Shown here: positions 19,475 through 29,308 of the stretch, one piece after another
Position numbering within the stretch: position 1 is the stretch's first letter
Layout: each line of letters opens with the position of its first letter
DNA from: Candidatus Kapaibacterium sp.
Lineage (GTDB): Bacteria > Bacteroidota > Ignavibacteria > Kapaibacteriales > UBA2268
Assembly: GCA_963665665.1 (NCBI GenBank)
Contig: OY762428.1
Coordinates: 864,001-928,000, forward strand
Length of the DNA: 64,000 nucleotides
Reading direction: 5' to 3'
Translations under genes and position numbers: made by a program
The notes under the pieces: generated by a model
What the model was told of the DNA's origin: nothing
Seen by the model: the letters and a program-made list of their open reading frames with translations, nothing else
Database searches by the model: none

Positions 19475-20452
19475 TTATATCTGCTCAGAAATTATTTCTG
19501 CAATTCTTAATGCTTCAGCAGCCTCAGCAGCACCTACAGGAACAGGTTCATTATTAATTATCGCCTCTGCAAAGGCTTTTTGCTCCTCTGCAATTGCATT
19601 TTGCGGGATAACAGGCGGCTGTTCAAACAAAATATTTTTATTCTTTAAGCCTGATTCAAGGCTTCCGAGCATTGTAGCAGGAACCCCGCTCTCATTATTT
19701 TCAACCTCTTCGCCAATACGAAATACTTCCACTTTCTGTTCGCCAAAATCAACAGAAATGTAGGCGTTTTTCTGGAACATTCTCATTTTTCTCATTGGTT
19801 TTGCAGAAATCCGGGAAGCAGTAATATTAGCAACAGCACCGTTTTCAAATGTAATTCTTGCATTTGCCAGGTCGGTTGTATCAGTCAGAACAGACACACC
19901 GTTGGCCATAACGGATTTTACTTTTGATTTGATAAGCCAAAGCATAATATCAATATCATGTATCATCAGGTCATGAATAACAGAAACATCAATAGCCCTC
20001 GGTTTAAACTGGCTTAGCCGGTGTGCCTCGATAAATACGGGATCCAGTTTATAGCTTCTTAAAGCAGCAATAGCAGGATTGAACCTTTCAACATGGCCAA
20101 CCTGCACAAGGACTTCATTGTCCTTTGCCAGCTTTATCAACTCCACAGCTTCTTCATATTTAGCGGTAATCGGTTTTTCAATCAGGCAGTGCTTTCCGTT
20201 TTGAATACATTTTACTGCAATATCAAAATGATTAACGGTAGGAGCCGCTATTGTAATTGCATCGGAATTTTCAATTGCCTCTTCAATATCAGTGAAATAT
20301 TTGCAATTCAATTCAGCAGCAATAGCTGCAGCTCTTTCTGTGTCTGTATCAAATATTCCTGAAAGTGTTGCATTCTGTTGGCCTTTCCATAATTTGGCAT
20401 GAATTGCCCCCAGATGTCCGGTTCCTATAACTGCTACCCTGATTTTTTCCAT
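19475..20452 (-). CDS. Gfo/Idh/MocA oxidoreductase (GnnA-like UDP-GlcNAc 3-dehydrogenase group)
   Basis: Rossmann GTGHLG, IEKPI, GHVERFNPA, DLMIHDID; likely start MEKIR at 20452. The substrate is an inference. Confidence 0.85.
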   Translation of the reverse strand: MEKIRVAVIGTGHLGAIHAKLWKGQQNATLSGIFDTDTERAAAIAAELNCKYFTDIEEAIENSDAITIAAPTVNHFDIAVKCIQNGKHCLIEKPITAKYEEAVELIKLAKDNEVLVQVGHVERFNPAIAALRSYKLDPVFIEAHRLSQFKPRAIDVSVIHDLMIHDIDIMLWLIKSKVKSVMANGVSVLTDTTDLANARITFENGAVANITASRISAKPMRKMRMFQKNAYISVDFGEQKVEVFRIGEEVENNESGVPATMLGSLESGLKNKNILFEQPPVIPQNAIAEEQKAFAEAIINNEPVPVGAAEAAEALRIAEIISEQI

Positions 20453-20547
20453 TATTATTCCCGTGTAAACATTCAAAAATTTCCAATATACAAAAAAGTT
20501 AATTATTAATATAGTTCTGTCTCAGGCACGAAAATTAAATTATCACT

Positions 20548-20573
20548 AAAAAAGCCCCGCGACAGCAGGGCTT
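20548..20573 (-). terminator. Intrinsic terminator after the M13 peptidase gene
   Basis: AAGCCCCGC / GCAGGGCTT stem (G-U on the minus strand) with an A-run on the left. Confidence 0.65.
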
Positions 20574-20592
20574 ATATTATCAAAACTTAATA

Positions 20593-22647
20593 TTACCAGA
20601 TCTTTGCTCTTTCTTCTTTCGGGCGATACATTTTATCACCTTCTTTGATATTAAAAGCAGTGTAGAAAGCATCAATATTCGGAAGAGTTCCGTTCACACG
20701 ATACTTGCCCGGCGAGTGCACATCTGTCTGTATCCTTCTGCGAAGTTCCTCGTCTGCAATATTATTTCTCCAAACCTGTGCAAAGGAAAGGAAATATCTC
20801 TGAATCGGAGTTAAGCCGTCAATTTCTTTATTATCGCTGTTTTCCAGGGCTTTTTCCAGGGCAGTGAGCGACACAGTTACCCCGCCGAGGTCGGCAATAT
20901 TTTCTCCGAGTGTAAATTCACCGTTCAAATGCAATGTATCAATAGGATTGAATTCGGAAAACTGCTTAACAAGCACCTGTGTTTTCTTATTAAAGTTTTT
21001 GGCATCTTCTTCTGTCCACCAGTTTGCAAGATTGCCGTTTACATCGTATTCACGTCCCTGATCGTCGAATCCGTGTGTCATTTCATGCCCGATCACAGCA
21101 CCTATAGCGCCATAGTTAACAGCATCATCAGCATCCATATTGAAGAATGGCGGCTGAAGGATAGCTGCCGGAAAAACTATTTCGTTCAAAGTAGGATTGT
21201 AATAAGCATTTACCGTCTGTGGTGTCATGTGCCATTCCGCTTTATCAACTTTCTTGCCGGCTTTTGCCATACTGTAATCGAAATTAAAAACAGAAGCAGC
21301 AATTACATTGTCAAAATAAGAATTCCTTCCAATTTCTAAGTCGTCGTAAGAACGCCATTTATCGGGATATCCTATTTTTACACTCATTTTATTGAGTTTT
21401 TCAAGAGCTTTTTTCTTGGTATCTTCTACCATCCAGTCCAGTTCGCCAATATGTTTTCCGAGTGCATAGCGAAGATTGCCAACTAATTCAAGCATTCTGC
21501 CTTTGGCTCGTGGAGGAAAGTATTCTTTAACAAACAACTGGCCTACCAATTCACCAAGTTCACCGCTTGTATTGGATAGAACTCTTTTCCAGCGGGGACG
21601 GATTTTCTTTTGTCCGGAAAGAACTTTTCCGTAAAAATCAAAATTTGTATTCACAAAATCATCGTTCAGGTATGGTGCAGCTGTATTAAGAAGGTTGAAT
21701 TTAAGATAGTTCTTTAAAGTCTCAATATCGGATTTTTTATAGATATCAGATGCAGCTTTCATAAAGTCTACCATTGCCACATTGAATTCTTCCCGGGCAT
21801 TAAGGTTTACACCGTCAAAAAACACATTCCAGTCGAACGCGGGAGTGAGCTTTGACAGCCCGGTAAAATCAAATTTATTGTATGTTTTATGCGGGTCTCT
21901 TCTTTCAACTCTGTCCATCTGGCTTTTAGCAAGTTCAGTTTCAAAAGCAATAATTTTATCTGCTACTTCATTTGAACCTGCTTCATCATTTCCAATCAGA
22001 GTAAAAAGTTTAACAATAAATTGTTTGTAACCATCCCTTATTGCCTTCATTGAAGCTTCATCGCTAAGATAATAGTCTCTGTCCGGAAGGCCAATACCGC
22101 CCTGATAGAACTGCGCAATAACATTCTCACTATTTTTTTCATCCTGCCCTGCATAGATGTAAAAAAGCGGAGCAATCTGCATACGGTGGAATTTCCCAAT
22201 AATTGCCCATAATTCTGTATGATTTGTAGCTTCATCAATTTCTTTCAGATAAGGTATTATTGGTTTATAACCGGCTTCATTGATAGCATTAGTATCCATT
22301 CCGCTTGCATAAAAGTCACCGATTTTTTGTGTCATGCTGCCCTTGGCGGCATCTTTCTCGCTTGCAGCCGCTTCGAATATTGTTCTTAAAGCTTCGTAAT
22401 TGGCATCCTGCAATTCATTGAAGGCACCATATCTTGAATACTCTTCAGGCAATGGATGAGCTTTAATCCAACCGCCGTTGGCATATTCATAAAAATTGTT
22501 ACCCGGTACTACATTATCGTCCATATTTACAGGATCTATCGCTTTTACCACTACTTTTTCTTCTGCCACATCCGACTCCTTATTTCCACAGGAAACTAAT
22601 ATCATCATACCTGCCGTGATTAGTAAAACGGTTGATATAAATTTCAT
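20593..22647 (-). CDS. pepO: M13 family metalloendopeptidase (PepO/neprilysin-like) lipoprotein
   Basis: VNAYY, HEMTH zinc motif, GENIADLGG, HSP..YRVNG; lipobox LVSC; likely start MKFIS at 22647 with GGAG RBS. Confidence 0.93.
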   Translation of the reverse strand: MKFISTVLLITAGMMILVSCGNKESDVAEEKVVVKAIDPVNMDDNVVPGNNFYEYANGGWIKAHPLPEEYSRYGAFNELQDANYEALRTIFEAAASEKDAAKGSMTQKIGDFYASGMDTNAINEAGYKPIIPYLKEIDEATNHTELWAIIGKFHRMQIAPLFYIYAGQDEKNSENVIAQFYQGGIGLPDRDYYLSDEASMKAIRDGYKQFIVKLFTLIGNDEAGSNEVADKIIAFETELAKSQMDRVERRDPHKTYNKFDFTGLSKLTPAFDWNVFFDGVNLNAREEFNVAMVDFMKAASDIYKKSDIETLKNYLKFNLLNTAAPYLNDDFVNTNFDFYGKVLSGQKKIRPRWKRVLSNTSGELGELVGQLFVKEYFPPRAKGRMLELVGNLRYALGKHIGELDWMVEDTKKKALEKLNKMSVKIGYPDKWRSYDDLEIGRNSYFDNVIAASVFNFDYSMAKAGKKVDKAEWHMTPQTVNAYYNPTLNEIVFPAAILQPPFFNMDADDAVNYGAIGAVIGHEMTHGFDDQGREYDVNGNLANWWTEEDAKNFNKKTQVLVKQFSEFNPIDTLHLNGEFTLGENIADLGGVTVSLTALEKALENSDNKEIDGLTPIQRYFLSFAQVWRNNIADEELRRRIQTDVHSPGKYRVNGTLPNIDAFYTAFNIKEGDKMYRPKEERAKIW

Positions 22648-22849
22648 TTTCAGCTCCAAAAATTTTAACATTAATTATTCAATCCAATTTAATACGAAAT
22701 TATTATAAAAAAGTTAAACATTAAAGTTAATAATTCTAAATTAAAACACAATTATTTACATAAAAAATGTAACTAATGATTAATTTCATCGTATTTTTTA
22801 TAAATTTGTAATATTGAGCAGGTTGTTTATTAATTAATTTTTTTACGAA

Positions 22850-24790
22850 ATGAAGACAAACAGTTTCAGAACACTGGCTGCCATAATGTTTACTGACATT
22901 GTCGGCTACACTGCAATGATGCAGGAAAACGAGTCCCGGACACGGGAGATTCGCGATATTCACCGGCAGGTTCTGGAGAAAAAAACACTTGGCTACCGGG
23001 GCAGAATTCTTCAATACTACGGTGATGGTTCCCTGTGCATGTTCAGCAGCGCCATCGAAGCTGTTCAGTGTGCTGTCGAGATTCAGAAAAAGCTTCATTT
23101 TGAGGAAAGTATACCACTGAGAATTGGTTTACACCTTGGTGATATTGTATACGAAGAAGAAGGAATATACGGCGACGGAGTGAATATTTCAGCAAGGATT
23201 CAAAGTAAAGGCGTACCCGGTTCTGTTTTAATATCCGGAAAAATATACGACGAAATTGCCAACCACCCTGAATTAAAAGCAAGCTTCATGGGTGCATTTA
23301 AACTTAAAAACGTAAAGAAATTGGTAGATATATATGCCGTTAGCTCGAACGGCCTTCCTGTTCCTGATTCTGAAAAAATGACAGGGGCAGAAAATGAATC
23401 GATGAAAAGGGTTGCTGTTTTACCATTTGTAAACATGAGCCCCGATCCTGAAAATGAATATTTTAGCGACGGAATTACCGAAGAGCTCCTTAACTCGCTT
23501 GCTAAAGTTGAAGGCCTGTTAGTAACTGCCCGAACATCTTCTTTTGCTTTCAAAGGTATGAATCAGGATATACGTGAAATTGGCAGGCAGCTTAATGTGG
23601 ACACTGTTCTTGAAGGCAGTGTGCGTAAAGCAGGAAACCAGGTAAGAGTAACAGCACAGCTAATTAATACTAACGACGGATTTCATCTTTTCTCGGAAAC
23701 CTACGACAGAAAACTTGACGATATTTTTGCTATACAGGACGAAATCTCTGAATCAATTGCAAAGATGCTGAAAGAGAAGCTTAATATCGGGATTAATCCC
23801 AAACCAAAACCAAGAATGACAACTATTACTAATAATATCGAAGCCTATAATTACTATCTGAAAGGCAAATATTATTGGAACAGGTGGTCTCCTGAAGAGT
23901 TTATTAAAGCTGCGGGTAACTTTCAGAAAGCAATTGAATTAGAACCAGAATTTGCCGAAGCCTATGCCTGGCTTGCAAATGTAAATACAGCATCTGCAGC
24001 AATGGGGATTGTTGACCCCACGAAAGCATACGCGAAAGCAAGGGAATATGCACTAAAGGCTATGGAGCTGAACGATGAAATTGCAGAGCCTCATGCCGCT
24101 CTCGGTGCAGTTAAACTTTTTCATGACTGGGATTTCGAAAAAGCCGGAAAAAAGCTGGATAAGGCATTCAGCCTGAAACTGCATGATGGTGAATTACTAA
24201 AAATATATGCTTTATATAAGATGATAACCGGTGATATTTATAAAGCTGTCAGTATTATCGAAGATGCCCTGCTAAACGATCCTTTATCTGTACCGTTGAA
24301 TAATTCACTTGCTGATTACCTTTCCTGGACAAGGCAATTTGATAAGGCTGAACTACAATATAAACATACTCTCAGCCTCGATCCGGATTATGGCCCGTCA
24401 AAGACTGGGATTGGATGGCTGAATTGTTATAAAGGCAACTATCAAAAAGCTCTTGAAATATTTACAAAGGGGGATGCAGGAAGTTGCAGCGATGTATTCT
24501 CATTTACCAGCATAGGATATGTTCATGGAAAAATGGGAAATCGCCAGGCAGCATTAGATATGATCAACAAGCTGAAAGAATTGAAAGAACAAAATCCTGA
24601 CTTGATTATTGATATTGATCAATCAATTATTTACGGTGCACTGGGCGATATTGATAAAACTTTTGAATATTTGGAAAAAGCCTACGAAAAACATCTTAGC
24701 GGACTATTGTTTATTAAGATTCACCCGGCATGGCGTCAACTCGATCACGATCCCCGCTATCATGAATTGATAGAAAAGATAGGATTGTAA
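22850..24790 (+). CDS. Class III adenylate/guanylate cyclase domain + TolB-like domain + TPR repeats
   Basis: AAIMFTDIVGYT, GDG, LRIGLHLGDI, GDGVNISARIQ; TolB-N VAVLPFVNMSPDPENEYFSDGITEE; TPR-like helices. Confidence 0.9.
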   Translation: MKTNSFRTLAAIMFTDIVGYTAMMQENESRTREIRDIHRQVLEKKTLGYRGRILQYYGDGSLCMFSSAIEAVQCAVEIQKKLHFEESIPLRIGLHLGDIVYEEEGIYGDGVNISARIQSKGVPGSVLISGKIYDEIANHPELKASFMGAFKLKNVKKLVDIYAVSSNGLPVPDSEKMTGAENESMKRVAVLPFVNMSPDPENEYFSDGITEELLNSLAKVEGLLVTARTSSFAFKGMNQDIREIGRQLNVDTVLEGSVRKAGNQVRVTAQLINTNDGFHLFSETYDRKLDDIFAIQDEISESIAKMLKEKLNIGINPKPKPRMTTITNNIEAYNYYLKGKYYWNRWSPEEFIKAAGNFQKAIELEPEFAEAYAWLANVNTASAAMGIVDPTKAYAKAREYALKAMELNDEIAEPHAALGAVKLFHDWDFEKAGKKLDKAFSLKLHDGELLKIYALYKMITGDIYKAVSIIEDALLNDPLSVPLNNSLADYLSWTRQFDKAELQYKHTLSLDPDYGPSKTGIGWLNCYKGNYQKALEIFTKGDAGSCSDVFSFTSIGYVHGKMGNRQAALDMINKLKELKEQNPDLIIDIDQSIIYGALGDIDKTFEYLEKAYEKHLSGLLFIKIHPAWRQLDHDPRYHELIEKIGL

Positions 24791-25104
24791 AATCATAAAT
24801 ATAAAATATTATTTGCATTTGGAATTTTTTCCGAATGCTTTTTTTTTTAAATTGTACAAAGAGTTATTTGGTTTCGATTCGGGAAATACTGACATAGTAT
24901 TTGATTTTGTACTTTATTATAACTATTGGCAAGGCCTCCACTAACTCTGATATTACGATTGAAGGCAGCACAAAAAACGATATAATCAGGAACGCCCGGG
25001 GCTTCTTTTTTCCTTGGATCGGGTTTTAATCCAGAATATAGGAAAAATGAATTTGATAAGAAATAAAAGATAAAGCCATTTTTATACAATCAGGAAGTAC
25101 TAAT

Positions 25105-25581
25105 ATGAAAAAATTACTAATACTTTTAATAATTGCCGGCACTGTTTTCAGCGTTGCAAATGCCGGCGACTGCTGGCGCGATCCACTTGTAAAAATTTCA
25201 ATATTACCTAACGATATTGACGTTGAAGATTTTCTGCCAAAATTGAGTAAAGATATTTCCGATGCTTCCGGTGTTCCGGAATCCGGTATAACTGTTATCT
25301 GGAATGAAATTCCCGCTAAAAGAATGATAACAGGAGGAAAACTGGGTATCAAAAATGAAAATGAGGAGCATCCCGTGGTGGTTGAACTGAATCTTGCCGG
25401 TTTCTTCACGCAGGAAGAGATTGAAGAAACCATGGAAGGTATTGCTGAATCATTCGAGGAACATACAAATGTGGATAGCAAGCAGGTTTTTATTATTACT
25501 ACTTTGCAGGAATCCGGTAAAGTTTATGTTTTCGATGAAACAATGAAATGGGAAGACGGGGAAAACCCGTTTGCAGACTAA
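25105..25581 (+). CDS. Exported protein with tandem beta-alpha-beta tautomerase/MIF-like fold
   Basis: Signal peptide ending ANA, then PLVKISIL...LSKDISDASGVPESGITVIWNEIP...ITGG and a second unit PVVVELNL...IAESFEEHTNVDSKQVFII, resembling 4-oxalocrotonate tautomerase/MIF units. Confidence 0.6.
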   Translation: MKKLLILLIIAGTVFSVANAGDCWRDPLVKISILPNDIDVEDFLPKLSKDISDASGVPESGITVIWNEIPAKRMITGGKLGIKNENEEHPVVVELNLAGFFTQEEIEETMEGIAESFEEHTNVDSKQVFIITTLQESGKVYVFDETMKWEDGENPFAD

Positions 25582-25696
25582 AATATTTTTATTATTGATG
25601 CAAATGCAAAGAATCAAATTTTGAAATATTCTACAACCGCTTTAAAAGACTTACAAAGATAGTCGCCTATGTTTTGGGACTTCATCATTATTAAAC

Positions 25697-25729
25697 AAAA
25701 TCCCCCTCAGGTTCTTTCCTGAAGGGGAT
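25697..25729. terminator. Intrinsic terminator between convergent genes
   Basis: ATCCCCCTCAGG / CCTGAAGGGGAT imperfect stem with AAAA on the left. Confidence 0.7.
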
Positions 25730-25765
25730 GATAAATTATAATTTGAAAATCCGGTATATGAACTA

Positions 25766-27118
25766 TTAGTTTACAACGGCGCCGCTTGTTAAATTGATTT
25801 TCAGGTCGTTGTCAACTGGCGGAAGATCAGTATAAATAGACTGTATCATAGAACCAACAAGTTGCATGGTAGCATCACCATTAGAAAGCATATCAACAAC
25901 TCCCTGTGCCTGAGCTGTAATTATTTCATCCCCGTTGTAATGAGCAAGCCATGAAGCTGCAATAACAGGGGCAATTTGATTAGCAGAAGCTTCATCAACA
26001 CCATATTCGTTCATAAGCACATACATAATCAGCAGATACATACCTTTTGAAAATTCCTCGCTGGCATAAGTCTGATAATCTTCTCCATCAAGGTCATAAT
26101 TGATACTGGTAACATAATTTGTTTTAATATCAAGAATTTCAGAATTACTCACTTCAAGGATTCGCCAGGGGGATGGCGGAGATATTGCCGAACCGGTTTC
26201 AATGTCATAAATCCAATTATCATCAGGCTGATGCAATACAACATCATTAGCATGGAAATGCCCGGTAAACATTATTTTCATACCGGCGGCGGATAGTTCG
26301 TCTGCAACTGTTTCCCAATCATCTATAACATACTCAGACGAGATCGGGAATGATTTCTGTCCTTGAAAATGCTCAACAAGACCGTGATGCATCATACCAA
26401 ATACCATTTTGCCATCGGTAACGGCAAGTTCTATTTGATTTTTGGCCCAAGCCAATGTTTGAGCTTTCAGCCTTCCGCCAACAATACTTTCCTCACCAGC
26501 CTGGTTTTCTTCATATTTCGAAGCATCAAGACAAATAATTACTAATCCTTCTACCGGTTCTATAACATAGCTCAGCGAACTTGCATCTTTTGCAAGAGCT
26601 TGAATATATCCGAAATCGCCCATTATAGTTTCAAAATCCGTTGCAGAGATCATATCGGTGGAAACAGCTGTTCCGCTTGAATAATCAACAGCCCAGTAAT
26701 TACTAATATCATGATTACCCGGTATAACATATACTTCCTTACCGGAATTTTCAATCTGTTCAAGATAACCGGCAATACTTTGAAGGCTTGCCTTTTCTCC
26801 GTCTTTAGTCAGGTCGCCCGGTACCAGAACAAAATCAACATCAGAAGCTACTATGCTGTTTGTCAGAGATTCAAGTATTGCGTCGGATTCCTGCAGAAGT
26901 TTTCGTCCCTGCTCGATATATGCTTCACCTGGGTCGCCGGGAGTCATAAGTGATTTGGCCAGCAAGTGAGGATCCGAAAAAACGGCAAATTTGAAATTAA
27001 GCTTATCATCACCCGTATTTGGATTATCATCATCATCCGAACATGCACTGATCATAACAAGTGACAATACTATTGCCACAACAAATTTAAGACTATAGGC
27101 ATAAAAAGTATCTTTCAT
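25766..27118 (-). CDS. Calcineurin-like metallophosphoesterase lipoprotein
   Basis: Lipobox ISAC; motifs SDPH, GDLT, GNHD, MHH, GHFH. Confidence 0.9.
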   Translation of the reverse strand: MKDTFYAYSLKFVVAIVLSLVMISACSDDDDNPNTGDDKLNFKFAVFSDPHLLAKSLMTPGDPGEAYIEQGRKLLQESDAILESLTNSIVASDVDFVLVPGDLTKDGEKASLQSIAGYLEQIENSGKEVYVIPGNHDISNYWAVDYSSGTAVSTDMISATDFETIMGDFGYIQALAKDASSLSYVIEPVEGLVIICLDASKYEENQAGEESIVGGRLKAQTLAWAKNQIELAVTDGKMVFGMMHHGLVEHFQGQKSFPISSEYVIDDWETVADELSAAGMKIMFTGHFHANDVVLHQPDDNWIYDIETGSAISPPSPWRILEVSNSEILDIKTNYVTSINYDLDGEDYQTYASEEFSKGMYLLIMYVLMNEYGVDEASANQIAPVIAASWLAHYNGDEIITAQAQGVVDMLSNGDATMQLVGSMIQSIYTDLPPVDNDLKINLTSGAVVN

Positions 27119-27314
27119 TGGTAAACCCTCCGTTTAAAAAAATTTTATTATTATAATTACAATATACTCGCAAATAATTAAAATGGGGTTGAGAAAAGGT
27201 GATAAAACTGTTAATTTTTAATAAAATTCAATTATTTTTCATAAAATAAAAAAAATTTGCGTCTTTTCGCAATTTTATTTGTTACACTAATAGATGTATA
27301 ATTGGCGGGATCTG

Positions 27315-27875
27315 ATGAGAAGAAAGTATGCAAAATATTCTGATGATGAACTTCTTCCCCTGTTGCAGGGAAAGAAGTCTCAGGCAGAAGCAGCATTCAC
27401 TGAATTTTATAACAGGTACGCCGTGAAAGTTCGTTCTTATTGCATGCTGATGGTAGATGATGTGATGGCGGCAGAAGATATTTTCCAGGAAACTTTCATT
27501 AGGTTCTTTAAAAACATAAAACCGGAAAGAGCACACTCTAACGTACCGGGCTACCTGATGAAGATTGCAAGAAACCTATGCATTAATCATCACCGGCAGA
27601 AAAAGCCCGCCGCTTCAGAAGAAGTTCTGGAGAATCTCAGGTCGGAAGGATTTTCTTACGAGAGTGACGAAATGTATGAAATAATCCTGAAGTCTCTCGA
27701 TCTTCTGGATGATAAATACAAAGAGGCTTTTGTTCTTCGGGAATTTGACGGATTGGCCTATAAAGATATAGCCAGTATTACCGGAGTGTCACTGTCAAAT
27801 GCAAAATCAAGAGTTGCAAGGGCAAGGGAAAAGATGGCAGATATTCTGGAGCCATACATCAAAGAGAAAGTTTAG
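27315..27875 (+). CDS. ECF RNA polymerase sigma-70 factor
   Basis: AEDIFQETFIRF, YLMKIARNLCIN, KEAFVLRE...YKDIASITGVSLSNAKSRVARAR; start 27315 or 27294. Confidence 0.93.
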   Translation: MRRKYAKYSDDELLPLLQGKKSQAEAAFTEFYNRYAVKVRSYCMLMVDDVMAAEDIFQETFIRFFKNIKPERAHSNVPGYLMKIARNLCINHHRQKKPAASEEVLENLRSEGFSYESDEMYEIILKSLDLLDDKYKEAFVLREFDGLAYKDIASITGVSLSNAKSRVARAREKMADILEPYIKEKV

Positions 27876-27934
27876 TTCTTTTACAAAAGTTGATGCAGTT
27901 GTTCTTATTACTGCACGAAAATGGGAAACGGTGC

Positions 27935-27988
27935 TAATAAAGCGGGTATATCCTACGGGGATAGGTACTATACCTGCCCGCTTTATTA
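27935..27988 (+). other. Structured intergenic element (long stem enclosing two small hairpins)
   Basis: Outer arms TAATAAAGCGGG / CCCGCTTTATTA (12 bp perfect); inner hairpins TATCC..GGATA and AGGTA-CTA-TACCT. Confidence 0.6.
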
Positions 27989-28021
27989 CCCTTTTTTCAA
28001 ATTTATTAAACGGGATAAAAA

Positions 28022-29164
28022 ATGGATAATTACGATATACTGAACCAATACATTGACGGAGAACTCAGCCGTGAAGCCGAAAAGGATTTCTTCCTGCGAA
28101 TTGCTGGCGATGACAATATGCATGGCAGGCTAAGAAATATTTCAGCCATGAGAAGTTCTATCCAGTCAAATTCAGCATCCATGGCTCCGCCGGTCGAATC
28201 AACAGCGGCAGTATTTTCGGCTCTCGGATTCAATCCTCCGGCATCAACTTCTGCTCCATTCCCGTTTTTACGAAGCCATTGGCAAAAAGGAGCCATGAGT
28301 ATTCTTACATTGATAATTATTTACCTGCTTTTCTTTGGAAATGCAAATAATATCGGAATTTCAGACGGTTCGGATAATATATCAGGACCGACAGTAGAAA
28401 ATACAACCCAAAAGAGTTCCATACCAATGATCGATTCCAGGGATAACGAAGAATCTGCACAGACAGAACCCGAGATTAGAACAGTTGTTAAGTATGTATA
28501 TGTTCAGGTCCCTGTTGAAAAAGATGATGAAACAAATGAATATATACCTGAAATTGTAAATGGAAAATTTAAACATACCCTACTGCATACAAGCTCCTAT
28601 CCGACCGGGCCCGAAGGCCTTGGATTTGTGAACGGGCCCGGTTATAATGATATGTTTTCAGGAATTGACCTTCCTCTTGATCCAATAGGGCTTGATATTG
28701 AATTCCGGGGTGCACAGAATGTTCACTTCCCTGGCGCTTCTGTCAACCCTGCAGAAACGGCTTTATTCAATAATTATGCATTGACCACACTATATAATGT
28801 TGGAGCCGGATTCAAAGTTGGCCTTGACCTGCGGAATGAAAACTTTTTCCAGCAATATGGAGGAATGGATGAACTCGGAAGGTATGTTAGTTACGAACAG
28901 CAGCCCAACCTTACAAGTTTAAGCCTGGTAATAAGGTATTCCTACAAGTACTCGGAAGTTTTATTTCCTTTTGCCCAGATTGCAGGCGGCGGGAATAAAG
29001 GCGGATATCTGATGCGCGGTATGGCCGGTCTGGAATATGCTCCATATACTAACCTTGGATTTGTTATCGGATTGGAATACTCAAATTTCGGATTCAGCTA
29101 CCAGGGTGATAATTATTACTCCAATAAAATGGGCCTTCACTATGGTGTTAACCTGAAATTGTGA
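28022..29164 (+). CDS. Putative anti-sigma factor with C-terminal outer-membrane beta-barrel-like domain
   Basis: Follows an ECF sigma; N-terminal LNQYIDGELS (anti-sigma-like), one TM segment (SILTLIIIYLLFF), low-complexity linker, then alternating amphipathic beta-strands ending GLHYGVNLKL. Confidence 0.7.
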   Translation: MDNYDILNQYIDGELSREAEKDFFLRIAGDDNMHGRLRNISAMRSSIQSNSASMAPPVESTAAVFSALGFNPPASTSAPFPFLRSHWQKGAMSILTLIIIYLLFFGNANNIGISDGSDNISGPTVENTTQKSSIPMIDSRDNEESAQTEPEIRTVVKYVYVQVPVEKDDETNEYIPEIVNGKFKHTLLHTSSYPTGPEGLGFVNGPGYNDMFSGIDLPLDPIGLDIEFRGAQNVHFPGASVNPAETALFNNYALTTLYNVGAGFKVGLDLRNENFFQQYGGMDELGRYVSYEQQPNLTSLSLVIRYSYKYSEVLFPFAQIAGGGNKGGYLMRGMAGLEYAPYTNLGFVIGLEYSNFGFSYQGDNYYSNKMGLHYGVNLKL

Positions 29165-29308
29165 TATGAATTATACATTGATACTTTGTTTTTAATCCTG
29201 AAGTTATTCACTTCAGGATTTTTTTTAAAATTAAACATTGATTTTTATCTGCCAATTCATTATAATAATAAATATAATCTTCAAGTATCATCCCCTTCGG
29301 AGTCAGCT

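Noticed and set aside
22736-23098. Minus-strand ORF overlapping the cyclase start; also 15711-15932 and 24847-25089 in intergenic DNA
   Set aside because: No motifs or convincing RBS; consistent with chance ORFs in AT-rich DNA.
24925-25005. Resemblance to c-di-GMP-I (GCAAAGCCTCC) or ZTP (CGCCTGGGC) riboswitches
   Set aside because: Only isolated words match; the required P2 GNRA hairpin or 5' conserved block is absent. Kept only as an unassigned structure.
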